Shown here: piece after piece, positions 1 through 8,984 of the stretch | Layout of the letters: each line of letters begins with the position of its first letter | Position numbering within the stretch: position 1 is the first letter of the stretch | NCBI GenBank assembly: GCA_900540335.1 | Contig: UQFC01000001.1 | Location: 14,178-78,177, forward strand | DNA: 64,000 nucleotides | Direction: 5' to 3' | Source: an uncultured Clostridium sp. | GTDB taxonomy: Bacteria; Bacillota; Clostridia; Lachnospirales; Lachnospiraceae | The notes under the pieces: model-generated | Told to the model about the DNA's origin: nothing | What the model saw: only the letters and a program-made list of their open reading frames with translations | Database searches by the model: none | Made by a program: the position numbers and the translations under genes

Positions 1-160
1 CAGAGACCTGTCTGCGTCCTCCGTCCGCATGGATAAACCGGTCCGGAAATTACAGCTCGACACAAATCGCCTTTCGTGTTGTTCCTTTTTTCTGCTTTGT
101 CCAATATAATAAAGGCATCAAATGAAGGAGGCAAAAACAAACAGGAATTTCAAATGCTTT

Positions 161-592
161 TTAGTGTTCTCCTGTCAGATAATCCATCGCCAGATCATAC
201 CCGCGCAGTCCCAGTCCCACAATCTGCCCGGTGCAGACCGGCGCTGTCACAGACGTATGGCGGAACTCTTCCCGCTTATGAACATTGGAGATATGAACCT
301 CTATAATCGGCACCTGAATGGATGCCAGAGCGTCCCGCACAGCATAGCTGTAATGCGTAAAGGCTCCCGGATTAATGATAATCCCCTCCACGCCTGTGTG
401 GTATGCCTCCTGGATCTTATCAATCAGACCGCCCTCGCAGTTGCTCTGAAAAACCTCCAGCTCATGTCCCTCAGAGGCAGCCTTTTCCTCCAGATGCTTC
501 ACCAGCCATTCATAGTCCCTGGTTCCGTAAATTCCCTTTTCCCGAATCCCCAGAAAGTTCAGATTCGGTCCGTTTAAAACAAGAAGCTTCAT
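161..592 (-). CDS. aroQ: Type II 3-dehydroquinate dehydratase
   Basis: The 143-aa ORF shows the type II dehydroquinase hallmarks (LNGPNLN...GxREKxxYG, IINPGAFTHYS, HISN). It sits next to shikimate kinase. Confidence 0.9.
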   Translation of the reverse strand: MKLLVLNGPNLNFLGIREKGIYGTRDYEWLVKHLEEKAASEGHELEVFQSNCEGGLIDKIQEAYHTGVEGIIINPGAFTHYSYAVRDALASIQVPIIEVHISNVHKREEFRHTSVTAPVCTGQIVGLGLRGYDLAMDYLTGEH

Positions 593-1125
593 CTGTTTGT
601 CCCTTCTTTCTCTCTTATCAGATTCACAATTTCTTCCACAGTTTTCCCGTCCACATCTACAATCTGATGGGCTGCCTGACGGTAAATGGGATTCCTGTAA
701 GCCAGAAGCTCTTCTGCTCTCTGCCTCACATCCGGCCCCTGAAGAAGAGGTCTGGTGGTGTCTCCCTTTAACCGTTCAATCACTGTTTCTGCTTTTACCT
801 GAAGGAAAATCACCTGTCCCAGCTCTCGTAAAACGGCCCGGTTTTCCTCCCTGAGAGGCAGTCCGCCGCCTACAGAAATCACCTTGGGCTCTGTCTCCTT
901 CTGCAGCTTTTTTAATACGGCAGTCTCTGTTTCCCGGAAGAATTCCTCCCCCTTCAAACGGAAAATATCAGAGATGGTCATGCCTGCTTCCTCTTCTATC
1001 ATCTGATCCGTATCCACAAGCGGAATGCCTGCCGCCCTGGCATAAGCCCGTCCCACACTGGTCTTGCCTGCGCCCATAAATCCAATAAAAATCACATTTT
1101 CTCTGCTCATACTCCCGTCTCCCAT
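589..1125 (-). CDS. aroK: Shikimate kinase
   Basis: The 178-aa ORF has a Walker A motif (GFMGAGKTSVG) and a shikimate-kinase LID region. It overlaps the aroQ start by 4 nt. The start may be a few codons internal. Confidence 0.85.
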   Translation of the reverse strand: MGDGSMSRENVIFIGFMGAGKTSVGRAYARAAGIPLVDTDQMIEEEAGMTISDIFRLKGEEFFRETETAVLKKLQKETEPKVISVGGGLPLREENRAVLRELGQVIFLQVKAETVIERLKGDTTRPLLQGPDVRQRAEELLAYRNPIYRQAAHQIVDVDGKTVEEIVNLIREKEGTNR

Positions 1126-1242
1126 GCAAGTATTTTCTCTTTCCGCCCGTTCATTTTTTCCGGCTCCGGCCTTATAAAAAACGTCTCCGGCTCAGTTCTC
1201 CGAAAATTATCCCGTATTCAGCTCCCCGGGACATATCCTCCG

Positions 1243-1755
1243 TCATTTCCCCGGACCGGAATGAGATTTTTTGTAGCAATGTAAAATAGGAGCCTCCAGA
1301 TACCGTTTCAATACGATCTGGATCTCCTCTCTGGGATTAATAGGCTTCACTAAAATCCCGTAAATCCCGCAGCGATTGGCCCCGTAAACATCTGTAAACA
1401 GCTGATCTCCCACAAACAGGGTTGTCTCCCTGTCTGTTCCCATCAGTTCCATCGCCCGAAGATAATTTTTCTTTCCCGGCTTTCCCGCCTTATAAATATA
1501 AGGGGAATGTACGGCAGCTGCAAAGGATGCCACCCGCGGTTCCTTATTGTTGGATAAAAGACAGGTTTTTATGCCCAGTCCGCGAAGCCGTTCAAACAGC
1601 TCCACCGCCCTTTGATCTGCCGGAGCATCATGCTCCACCAGCGTATTGTCAATATCAAAAATTGCGCCCCGAATGCCCTTTTTCTGCCACTCCTCCCATG
1701 GAATCTCATAGGTGCTGTTCAGCCATTCACGGGGATAAAACTGTTCCAGTATCAA
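1243..1755 (-). CDS. YqeG-family HAD-superfamily phosphatase
   Basis: The 170-aa ORF carries HAD motif I (FDIDNTL) and a C-terminal GDQxxTD motif, as in YqeG/HAD-IIIA proteins. Confidence 0.75.
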   Translation of the reverse strand: MILEQFYPREWLNSTYEIPWEEWQKKGIRGAIFDIDNTLVEHDAPADQRAVELFERLRGLGIKTCLLSNNKEPRVASFAAAVHSPYIYKAGKPGKKNYLRAMELMGTDRETTLFVGDQLFTDVYGANRCGIYGILVKPINPREEIQIVLKRYLEAPILHCYKKSHSGPGK

Positions 1756-1770
1756 TGCTTTTTCTCCTGT

Positions 1771-2244
1771 TTATTTGTTCTGCAGAAGCTTTCCCAGCTC
1801 CTCCATAAAGGTGTTTACATCCTTAAATTCCCGGTAAACAGAGGCAAAACGCACATAGGCCACCTCATCTAACTGCTTCAGCTTTCGCATCACCAGTTCA
1901 CCGATTACCGTAGTCTCCACTTCCTTTTCCTCCATGTTGAAAATCTGATTTTCAATCTCGTCAATCATGGCATTGATCTGCTGTGTGGACACCGGCCGCT
2001 TGTGGCAGGAATGAATAATTCCCGATTCAATCTTGGAACGGTCATAGGTCTCTCTGGACCGATCCTTTTTTATCACCATCAGAGGCATTGTTTCCAGTTT
2101 TTCATAGGTAGTAAACCGCTTTCCGCACTTCTCGCACTGACGGCGGCGGCGTATGGAGCTGTTGTCATCAGCAGGTCTGGAGTCAATTACCTTTGTATCC
2201 TGTGCATTGCAGTATGGACATTTCACTTCCTTTTTCCTCCTCAT
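1771..2244 (-). CDS. nrdR: Transcriptional repressor NrdR
   Basis: The 157-aa ORF has an N-terminal zinc ribbon (CPYC...CEKCGKRF) and an ATP-cone domain, typical of NrdR. Confidence 0.9.
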   Translation of the reverse strand: MRRKKEVKCPYCNAQDTKVIDSRPADDNSSIRRRRQCEKCGKRFTTYEKLETMPLMVIKKDRSRETYDRSKIESGIIHSCHKRPVSTQQINAMIDEIENQIFNMEEKEVETTVIGELVMRKLKQLDEVAYVRFASVYREFKDVNTFMEELGKLLQNK

Positions 2245-2361
2245 TCTTTGTAAAAACCCTGGGGGTTCTGTCTGTAAATATTACATTTATTTTACATGAC
2301 ATAACCAAGATTCGCAAGCAGTTTTCACTGCAATCCCCCGACTCCGGGCTTCTCCCCTTTT

Positions 2362-2598
2362 TCACCCGCCGCTGCATGTCTTTTCCACATCCTTGAGACG
2401 CCTGATTTCCACCAGAATAATATCTGAGCCAATCTGCCGGACATCGCAAAAAGAAATCACATACTCCTTTTCCCTGCCAAAAATTCCGCACAGACAGCCG
2501 GGCCCCGGCACAATCAGATGGGTAATGCAGCCTGTCTCCGGATCAAACTCCACATCCCCCACATATCCCAGCCGTTTACAGTCACAGATATTGATCAC
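2362..2598 (-). CDS. YlmC/YmxH-family PRC-barrel sporulation protein
   Basis: The 78-aa ORF matches the YlmC/YmxH family (DLxxKEVIxxxDGxxLGxVxDxxxDxxxGxI pattern). Confidence 0.75.
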   Translation of the reverse strand: MINICDCKRLGYVGDVEFDPETGCITHLIVPGPGCLCGIFGREKEYVISFCDVRQIGSDIILVEIRRLKDVEKTCSGG

Positions 2599-2693
2599 TT
2601 CTTTTTTTTTAAATCAAAAATGCGCACAGAACCACCCCATTTCTTCCTGGTATATTCTATGCGCATCTTAATTCTATGGTTCCATCGGAATCA

Positions 2694-3149
2694 TTACCGG
2701 AACCGTTCTTTTCCCGGGAAAAGCTGTCTCAGCCCTGCAACCAGATTCTCCGGCAAATCAAATTCCGGATCCGGAATCCGGGGAATCTCCGGAGTACTGA
2801 ATTCAAAGCTTCCTCCGTATCCGGAAAATCCTGCAATAAGAAACATTCCCCATAAAAAAGCAGTCAAAATCAGGCCGCCCAGGGACAATCCCAGACCTGC
2901 TCTGGCTCTCCCGCTCATCGGACCGTTTCCTTTTGACAGAAGGGCAAATAAAACCCCAAGGCCGCCGAAAATAAGTCCTCCGTAACAGCAGCAGGTCATT
3001 ACAACTGCCAGGATTCCCATAACCAGAGAAGCAGTCGCCAGACCATTTGCCGGCTGCCCGTTCTGACGGGATGAGGCAGGGGAACCCCCTGCCTGGTAAT
3101 TCTGATATTCGGGATACAAATTGCTTTCTCTTTGATCCTGGTTTTCCAT
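2694..3149 (-). CDS. DUF4190-like membrane protein
   Basis: The 151-aa ORF has a Gln/Tyr-rich N-terminus and two Gly-rich transmembrane segments (LVMGILAVVMTCCCYGG...), typical of DUF4190 proteins. Confidence 0.6.
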   Translation of the reverse strand: MENQDQRESNLYPEYQNYQAGGSPASSRQNGQPANGLATASLVMGILAVVMTCCCYGGLIFGGLGVLFALLSKGNGPMSGRARAGLGLSLGGLILTAFLWGMFLIAGFSGYGGSFEFSTPEIPRIPDPEFDLPENLVAGLRQLFPGKERFR

Positions 3150-3233
3150 TTTACCTCCCTTGCATATGCCGCCCTCTGACCGAAATTCTACTCTGCTTCT
3201 TCCGACAGACCGGGCCGGCTGTTCTGCTGATTA

Positions 3234-4124
3234 TTAAAACAGCGGAACGACAGCACCCTCATAGGTTGTCTCCATATATTCCTTTACCGTATCACTGGTA
3301 AGAGCCTCCATCAGAGCCTTTGTGCCTTCCTCGTTTTCCTTGCCTTCCTGAACAGCTACAACGTTTCCATAGGTAACTGCCGCCTCAGAATCAGAAGACT
3401 CTACAGCCAGAGCATCTGTCACCTTCATGCCTGCTTCAATAGCGTAGTTTCCGTTAATAACGGCAATATCCACATCCGGAAGAGAACGGGGAATCTGCGC
3501 TGCCTCAACCTCAAACAGCTCCAGATTTTTCGGATTCTCGACAATATCCATCTTGGTTGCCTTCAGGCCAACACCTTCTTTTAACTTAATCAGGCCCTGT
3601 GCCTCCAGAAGCAGCAGTGCGCGCGCTTCATTGGTTGCATCATTGGGAACTGCAACCTTTGCTCCGTCTGCCAGTTCCTCCAGAGAAGCTGTCTTTCCTG
3701 CGTAAATACCAAAGGGCTCATAATGAACAGCGCCTGCGCTTACCAGCTTGGTTCCTCTTTCTGCATTAAACTGCTCCAGGTATGGGAAGTGCTGGAAATA
3801 GTTTGCATCCAGATCGCCGGTATCCAGAGCTAGGTTCGGCTGTACATAGTCCGTATACTCTACAATCTTTAAGCTGTAGCCCTTCTCCTCCAGAACAGGG
3901 CGTGCTGCCTCCAGAATCTCTGCATGAGGTGCCGGGCTTGCGCCTACCACCAGCTCCTTCAGCTCTGCAGGCTCCTTGCTCTCCGCTGCCTCAGTTTCCT
4001 TGCTCTCTTCTGCAGCTGTCTGTGCCTGTGTCGGCGCTGCAGTCTCCTCAGTTTTGCCGCCGCATGCAGTTAATGCTGCCGCTGCCAGAAATGCTGCCGT
4101 GATTACACTAATTCTTCTCTTCAT
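3234..4124 (-). CDS. metQ: Methionine ABC transporter substrate-binding lipoprotein (NlpA/MetQ family)
   Basis: It has a lipoprotein signal peptide (LTACGG) followed by a MetQ/NlpA fold. I placed the start at the ATG at 4124, which has a GAGGAGG RBS. The ORF-track start at 4142 lies upstream of the RBS. Confidence 0.85.
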   Translation of the reverse strand: MKRRISVITAAFLAAAALTACGGKTEETAAPTQAQTAAEESKETEAAESKEPAELKELVVGASPAPHAEILEAARPVLEEKGYSLKIVEYTDYVQPNLALDTGDLDANYFQHFPYLEQFNAERGTKLVSAGAVHYEPFGIYAGKTASLEELADGAKVAVPNDATNEARALLLLEAQGLIKLKEGVGLKATKMDIVENPKNLELFEVEAAQIPRSLPDVDIAVINGNYAIEAGMKVTDALAVESSDSEAAVTYGNVVAVQEGKENEEGTKALMEALTSDTVKEYMETTYEGAVVPLF

Positions 4125-4258
4125 AATTCTTCTCCTCCTCATGGATAATAATGAATAGATGCCGGGCAGTTTTCGCCCTGATTTATAAGGCCCTTTCGGC
4201 CGACAGTCTGAGTATTTTCTCCGGCTGCTAAATCCGTTTGCTTTGAAAATCCAGTCTG

Positions 4259-4924
4259 TTACCGGATTCTCTTATCACTGACTCTTGCCAGCTTCATGCC
4301 AATCTCCTGAATAATCTGGACAATAATCACCAGAATCGCCACTGTCAGAAACATCATATCTGACTCATACCGGTAATAGCCGTAGTTAATGGCAATACCG
4401 CCCAGTCCGCCGCCGCCTACCGCTCCGGCAATTGCGGAATATCCCAGAATCGTGGTAGTGGAAATCGCTGCTCCCACCAATAACGAAGGCTTTGACTCCG
4501 GAAGAAGCACCTTCCATATAATCTGAAAGGTACTGGCGCCCATGGACTTGGCCGCTTCAATCACTCCGGCATCAATCTCCTTGAAGGAAGACTCAACCAT
4601 TCTGGCAATGTAAGGAGCTGCAGATGCCACCAGAGGCGGAACCACTGCCTTCCATCCCAGACTGGTTCCTACCAGCTTTCTGGTCAGGGGAATCATCATA
4701 ATCAGCAAAATCAGAAAGGGAATGGAGCGAAGCAGGTTAATTGCAGTGCCCAGAATCTTCTGAAGCAGGGGAATCGGGTGAATTCCCTCCTTGTCTGTCA
4801 CCACAAGAATAATACCTAAGGGAATTCCGATTACATAGGACAGCACCGTGGAAATCAGCACCATACACAGGGTTTCTCCGATTCCATTTTGAATCAGCTC
4901 CATAATCTGCGGACTAAAGGTCAT
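4259..4924 (-). CDS. metI: Methionine ABC transporter permease
   Basis: The 221-aa ORF has 5 transmembrane segments and an ABC type I permease EAA-like region. It lies between metN and metQ. Confidence 0.88.
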   Translation of the reverse strand: MTFSPQIMELIQNGIGETLCMVLISTVLSYVIGIPLGIILVVTDKEGIHPIPLLQKILGTAINLLRSIPFLILLIMMIPLTRKLVGTSLGWKAVVPPLVASAAPYIARMVESSFKEIDAGVIEAAKSMGASTFQIIWKVLLPESKPSLLVGAAISTTTILGYSAIAGAVGGGGLGGIAINYGYYRYESDMMFLTVAILVIIVQIIQEIGMKLARVSDKRIR

Positions 4925-5942
4925 TTTCTCTTACCTCCTCAAACGGAATTTTAACAGATTTCAGATAGTGAAGGGCTCTTGCAGCATCCGCTTCGTCCTC
5001 CGGAAGCTGAACAATCATCTGACCCATCGCTTTTCCTCCTACATCTCTGGTTGACGCATACATAATATTCACCGGCACCTTGCTGGCAAGAATCATGTTG
5101 GCTAATACCGGCTCCATGGATTCCCGTCCGTCAAAGATAATTCTGATTTTCCGGGAATGGCTGATTTTCACATTGGTAATTGCATCTCCCAGAATCAGCT
5201 GGCGTCCGATTTTCGACTTGGGCTCTGAGAAAATCTCGGCAACCTTACCCACCTCAGCAATGTGGCTCTTGTCAATGATTGCCACCCGGTCACAAATGGC
5301 CTCAATCACCGCCATCTCATGAGTAATCACAATCACGGTAATTCCCAGCTCCCTGTTAATCTGTTTGAGCAGCTGCAGAATGGACTTGGTTGTATTGGGA
5401 TCCAGGGCGCTGGTTGCCTCATCACAGAGAAGCACCTTGGGATTTGTTGCAATGGCTCTTGCAATCGCCACTCTCTGCTTCTGACCGCCGGACAGCTGCG
5501 CCGGATAAGCTCCGGCCCGTTCCTCCAGTCCTACCAGCTTTAACAGCTCCATGGCCCTGCTTTTTGCCTCTGCCTTGGTATAGGAATGGTTCTTTGCAAT
5601 CTCCATAGGAAAACAGACATTTTTCAAAACGGTTCTCTGGGACAGCAGATTAAACTGCTGAAAAATCATTCCCATGGACTGTCTTGCCATTCTCCGGCCC
5701 GCCTCACTCATGGCTGCCAGATTCTCTCCCTCAAACAGTACCTGTCCCGATGTGGGAACCTCCAGCATATTGATGCATCTTACCAGCGTACTTTTTCCTG
5801 CGCCGGAAAGGCCGATAATTCCAAAAATCTCACCTCTGTAAATATCCAGATTAATGTCATTAAGCGCCACAACCGGGCCGTTGGCCGTCTTAAATTCCTT
5901 TCCCATTCCCTTTAACTGGATAATCGTCTCTTCGTTTGCCAT
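4914..5942 (-). CDS. metN: Methionine ABC transporter ATP-binding protein with C-terminal NIL domain
   Basis: It has Walker A (GLSGAGKST), the LSGGQKQR signature, Walker B, and a C-terminal NIL/ACT-like domain. I placed the start at the ATG at 5940-5942, which follows a GGAGGA RBS. The ORF-track N-terminal extension crosses the RBS. Confidence 0.9.
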   Translation of the reverse strand: MANEETIIQLKGMGKEFKTANGPVVALNDINLDIYRGEIFGIIGLSGAGKSTLVRCINMLEVPTSGQVLFEGENLAAMSEAGRRMARQSMGMIFQQFNLLSQRTVLKNVCFPMEIAKNHSYTKAEAKSRAMELLKLVGLEERAGAYPAQLSGGQKQRVAIARAIATNPKVLLCDEATSALDPNTTKSILQLLKQINRELGITVIVITHEMAVIEAICDRVAIIDKSHIAEVGKVAEIFSEPKSKIGRQLILGDAITNVKISHSRKIRIIFDGRESMEPVLANMILASKVPVNIMYASTRDVGGKAMGQMIVQLPEDEADAARALHYLKSVKIPFEEVRENDL

Positions 5943-6058
5943 ATTTCCTCCTTCCAATTCCCGTACCGCGGCCGCGTCAGCAGCCTCCTTCCTGTGATGC
6001 GCGGTGCACATCCCCGCAGAGCGTTTTTATTTCATAGGACGCAATTTCCTATGAAATC

Positions 6059-6087
6059 AAAAACCGCAGGTCTGTAAAGACCTGCGG
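6059..6087 (-). terminator. Intrinsic terminator/attenuator in the metNIQ leader
   Basis: On the minus strand, CCGCAGGTC-TTTACA-GACCTGCGG is a 9-bp GC-rich stem followed by TTTTT. It lies roughly 55 nt after the leader peptide stop and roughly 115 nt before the metN ATG. Confidence 0.7.
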
Positions 6088-6141
6088 CTGTCACTCCGGT
6101 TTCCCGGTACTATCCCTATTGTCTCTCAGCATCCATGCAAA

Positions 6142-6240
6142 TCATATCCTGTTTTTTGAATACGCAAACATACGGCACATGTCCATCATCATGCCGCACA
6201 TCATTTCCATATTCATCTGCATGGTTGTAATCTGAGTCAT
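6142..6240 (-). CDS. Methionine-rich leader peptide (32 codons, 11 Met): MTQITTMQMNMEMMCGMMMDMCRMFAYSKNRI
   Basis: The ORF is too small for the 60-aa ORF track. Its ATG is at 6238-6240, 9 nt after an AGAGGAAA RBS. It sits between a consensus sigma-A promoter and an intrinsic terminator, directly upstream of metN. Confidence 0.6.
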   Translation of the reverse strand: MTQITTMQMNMEMMCGMMMDMCRMFAYSKNRI

Positions 6241-6296
6241 AACAGTTTCCTCTCTTCTTCCCTGACATGGTAAAACAGAAGCTCTCTATGTGGCGT

Positions 6297-6325
6297 ATTG
6301 TACGTCACATAGCCTTATTTGTCAA
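6297..6325 (-). promoter_or_regulatory. Sigma-A type promoter for the met leader and metNIQ (TTGACA, 17 nt spacer, TACAAT)
   Basis: On the minus strand, TTGACA is at 6320-6325 and TACAAT at 6297-6302, with exactly 17 nt between them. Both hexamers are perfect consensus. Confidence 0.65.
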
Positions 6326-6344
6326 GCAATAATTCACAATTTCC

Positions 6345-6415
6345 TTGACTTTTCCTCCATTTGCTGTATAATACTCCCTTAGTTAGTTCTATTTAGAACT
6401 GTTCAAAATAGAACT
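6345..6415 (+). promoter_or_regulatory. marR promoter (TTGACT, 16 nt spacer, TATAAT) with a palindromic/direct-repeat operator
   Basis: TTGACT is at 6345-6350 and TATAAT at 6367-6372. Immediately downstream, TAGTTCTATTTAGAACTGTTCAAAATAGAACTA contains three TAGAACT/AGTTCTA half-sites. This is a classic MarR autoregulatory arrangement. Confidence 0.55.
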
Positions 6416-6460
6416 ATTTTACAGAGTGTTTTCTGTAAAACCATTTGAGGAGGTATTTCC

Positions 6461-6913
6461 ATGTCATCCTGGATAACTGAACTTCTGGAGACTACCCGCC
6501 GTACCAATAAGCTTCACGAATCCTTTCTGCGGGAGCTCTGCGAAACCTACCATCTGACCATGGCAGAGGTGTCCATTATCTGCTTCCTGAAAAACAATCC
6601 GCAGCTGGATACAGCAGCAGACATTGTGGAATATAAAATGCTGGCCAAAAGCCATGTTTCCCAGGCCGTAGAATCTCTGATTCAAAAAGCCATGCTGGAA
6701 AGAGCTGCCGATCCCCGCGACCGGCGCAGACAGCATTTATCCCTGCTGCCCGCCAGTGCCCCTGTAACAGATGCCATTGAGACCGTTCAGGAGCTGTTTT
6801 TTCATGAAATTTTTACCGGTTTTACAGAGGAGGAACAGAATCAGTTCTTTGCATTCAACCAGAGAATCATTGACAACACAAAAAATATGCTGGAAAGAAG
6901 GAAACATCTATGA
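6461..6913 (+). CDS. MarR-family transcriptional regulator
   Basis: The 150-aa ORF has a winged-helix MarR domain. It overlaps the start of the downstream MATE gene by 4 nt, indicating one operon. Confidence 0.8.
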   Translation: MSSWITELLETTRRTNKLHESFLRELCETYHLTMAEVSIICFLKNNPQLDTAADIVEYKMLAKSHVSQAVESLIQKAMLERAADPRDRRRQHLSLLPASAPVTDAIETVQELFFHEIFTGFTEEEQNQFFAFNQRIIDNTKNMLERRKHL

Positions 6914-8319
6914 AAGATAACAAAGATTTTCTTGGAAGAGAACCAATCGGCAAGCTGCTGTTGACCCTGTCTCTTCCAACCATTGCCGCTCAGATTATCA
7001 ATATGTTCTACAATATTGTAGACCGGATTTACATTGGCCATATTCCGGAGACAGGAGCCATGGCCTTAACCGGCGTCGGCGTCTGTATGCCATTAATCAT
7101 GATTGTGTCCGCCTTTGCCATGCTGGTAGGAAACGGCGGAGCGCCCCGGGCCTCTATTTTTATGGGAAAAGGCAAATATGAAGATGCTGAAAAAATTCTG
7201 AATAACTGCTTTACGCTTCAGCTGATTATTTCCGCAGTTCTCACGGGAATTCTGCTTTTATTCAACCGGACGCTGCTGATGGCCTTCGGCGCCAGTGAAA
7301 ACACCATTGAATACAGCGTCAGCTACATGAATATCTATGCCCTTGGCACCATTTTTGTACAGCTTACCCTTGGCATGAATGCATTTATTACTGCCCAGGG
7401 CTTTGCAAAAACAGGAATGCTTTCCGTACTGATCGGTGCAGTAACCAATATTATCCTGGATCCCATCTTTATCTTTGGCATGAACATGGGAGTCCGCGGA
7501 GGAGCGCTGGCCACAGTTCTTTCCCAGGCTCTCTCCTGCATCTGGGTTCTTGCCTTTTTGATGGGCAAAAAAACGCAGCTGCGTCTGCGTCTCAACCGGC
7601 TCGGCCTCCAGAAAGCCATTATCCTTCCCTGCGTTGGACTCGGCACCTCCACCTTCATTATGCAGAGCAGCGAAGGCATTATTTCTGTATGCTTTAACTC
7701 CTCTCTTCTGAAATACGGCGGAGATATTGCCGTAGGCGCCATGACGATTCTTACCAGTGTCATGATGTTTGCCATGCTGCCTCTTCAGGGTCTGGGACAG
7801 GGCGCACAGCCGATTATCAGCTATAACTACGGCGCCAGCAATCCGGTTCGGGTCAAAAAAGCCTTCTGGCTTCTTTTGAAGGTCAGCATGGCCTATGCAA
7901 CCTTGCTCTGGCTGTTTATCATGGTATTCCCGAAAGGATTTGCCGGTCTGTTCACCACCGATGCCGCTCTTCTTGACTTTACCAAACGGGCGCTCCGGAT
8001 TTACCTGGCCTGCCTCTTCCTGTTCGGAATTCAGATTTCCTGCCAGATGGCCTTCAACTCCATCGGCTATGCCAAAGAGTCCATCATGGTGGCAGTTATG
8101 AGAAAATTCGTTCTCCTGATTCCGCTGATTTACATCATTCCCCGTTTCTGGACAGGAGATCAGGTTTCTGCCGTATACATGGCAGAGCCGGTTGCCGATT
8201 TCTTTGCTGTTTCCTTTACCGTCTTTCTGTTCCGGAAACAGTTTAAAAAGGCGCTGGAGAGCATCCGCGGGAAGAAGGACGTCTTAAACGCTTCAGGTAC
8301 TCCTTCTGTTCCGGCTTAA
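6910..8319 (+). CDS. MATE-family multidrug efflux transporter
   Basis: The 469-aa ORF has 12 transmembrane segments and a MATE N-terminus (LSLPTIAAQIINMFYNIVDRIYIGH). Confidence 0.85.
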   Translation: MKDNKDFLGREPIGKLLLTLSLPTIAAQIINMFYNIVDRIYIGHIPETGAMALTGVGVCMPLIMIVSAFAMLVGNGGAPRASIFMGKGKYEDAEKILNNCFTLQLIISAVLTGILLLFNRTLLMAFGASENTIEYSVSYMNIYALGTIFVQLTLGMNAFITAQGFAKTGMLSVLIGAVTNIILDPIFIFGMNMGVRGGALATVLSQALSCIWVLAFLMGKKTQLRLRLNRLGLQKAIILPCVGLGTSTFIMQSSEGIISVCFNSSLLKYGGDIAVGAMTILTSVMMFAMLPLQGLGQGAQPIISYNYGASNPVRVKKAFWLLLKVSMAYATLLWLFIMVFPKGFAGLFTTDAALLDFTKRALRIYLACLFLFGIQISCQMAFNSIGYAKESIMVAVMRKFVLLIPLIYIIPRFWTGDQVSAVYMAEPVADFFAVSFTVFLFRKQFKKALESIRGKKDVLNASGTPSVPA

Positions 8320-8959
8320 TCCGGAAGCTTTCCACAGCCTTCTGAATGGTTTTATTGTGTGTCCACACATCCAGGCGCTGCTCCTCCAAAAAGGGCAGCG
8401 CCTTTTCATACTGTTTTGCCAGGGCTGTCGCAAAATACCAGGCAATCATCATTTTCACATAGTATTCCTCTGACTGCAGGCTGCATACAAGCTCCGGATA
8501 TTCCGGTTCAAAGGCCTCGTCCAGATAATAGCACATCAGCATTTCCACAGCAAACCGGATGGTGTAGGTATGGTCAGAAACAAGCCAGCGGCGAATCTCC
8601 GGAAGAAATTCCGGCAGATGCTTTTTTGCTGCTGCCGGGCGAATCAGATCGCAGGTGGCCCAGTTGTCCACCTGAGGAAGAAAACGGTCCAGCTCCTTTA
8701 CACAATCCGGAAAGTCCCTGATTCCGGAAATCAGAATTCCATGAAGATTGTTTTCCTCATAATAGCGGTGAACCGCCGCCTGCAAAAAATGTCCGGCTTC
8801 ATCTGTTCCCGCCAGTTCCCGCGCCAGACCTCTCAGCTGCGGAGTCCTTACTCCAATAATCCTCTCCCTGCTGATTCCCGGCATCAGGCGGGCCTGAAAA
8901 TCCCCGTATTCCTGATCCTGGAGAGCAAAAAGCCTGGTTAAAATCCTGTTTTCCTGCAT
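8243..8959 (-). CDS. DNA alkylation repair enzyme-like protein (AlkD/HEAT-repeat fold)
   Basis: The roughly 238-aa ORF matches the DNA_alkylation family, including the W..D motif (DNWATCD). The start is uncertain (GTG at 8980 or ATG at 8959). Its 3' end overlaps the convergent MATE gene by 77 bp. Confidence 0.65.
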   Translation of the reverse strand: MQENRILTRLFALQDQEYGDFQARLMPGISRERIIGVRTPQLRGLARELAGTDEAGHFLQAAVHRYYEENNLHGILISGIRDFPDCVKELDRFLPQVDNWATCDLIRPAAAKKHLPEFLPEIRRWLVSDHTYTIRFAVEMLMCYYLDEAFEPEYPELVCSLQSEEYYVKMMIAWYFATALAKQYEKALPFLEEQRLDVWTHNKTIQKAVESFRIKPEQKEYLKRLRRPSSRGCSPAPF

Positions 8960-8984
8960 CGCTCCGCTTTCGTTTATCACCTGC

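Noticed and set aside
5943-6326. S-box (SAM-I) or T-box riboswitch upstream of metN, as expected for Clostridia
   Set aside because: I found no recognisable S-box core blocks, T-box sequence (AATTAGGGTGGNACCGCG), or specifier-loop architecture by eye. The Met-rich leader ORF plus terminator occupies the space instead. Confirmation still needs cmscan.
8243-8319. 77-bp convergent overlap between the MATE 3' end and the AlkD-like 3' end as evidence of a frameshift or fusion
   Set aside because: Both proteins look full-length for their families. A short convergent overlap is tolerable, and there is no evidence in the sequence for a frameshift.
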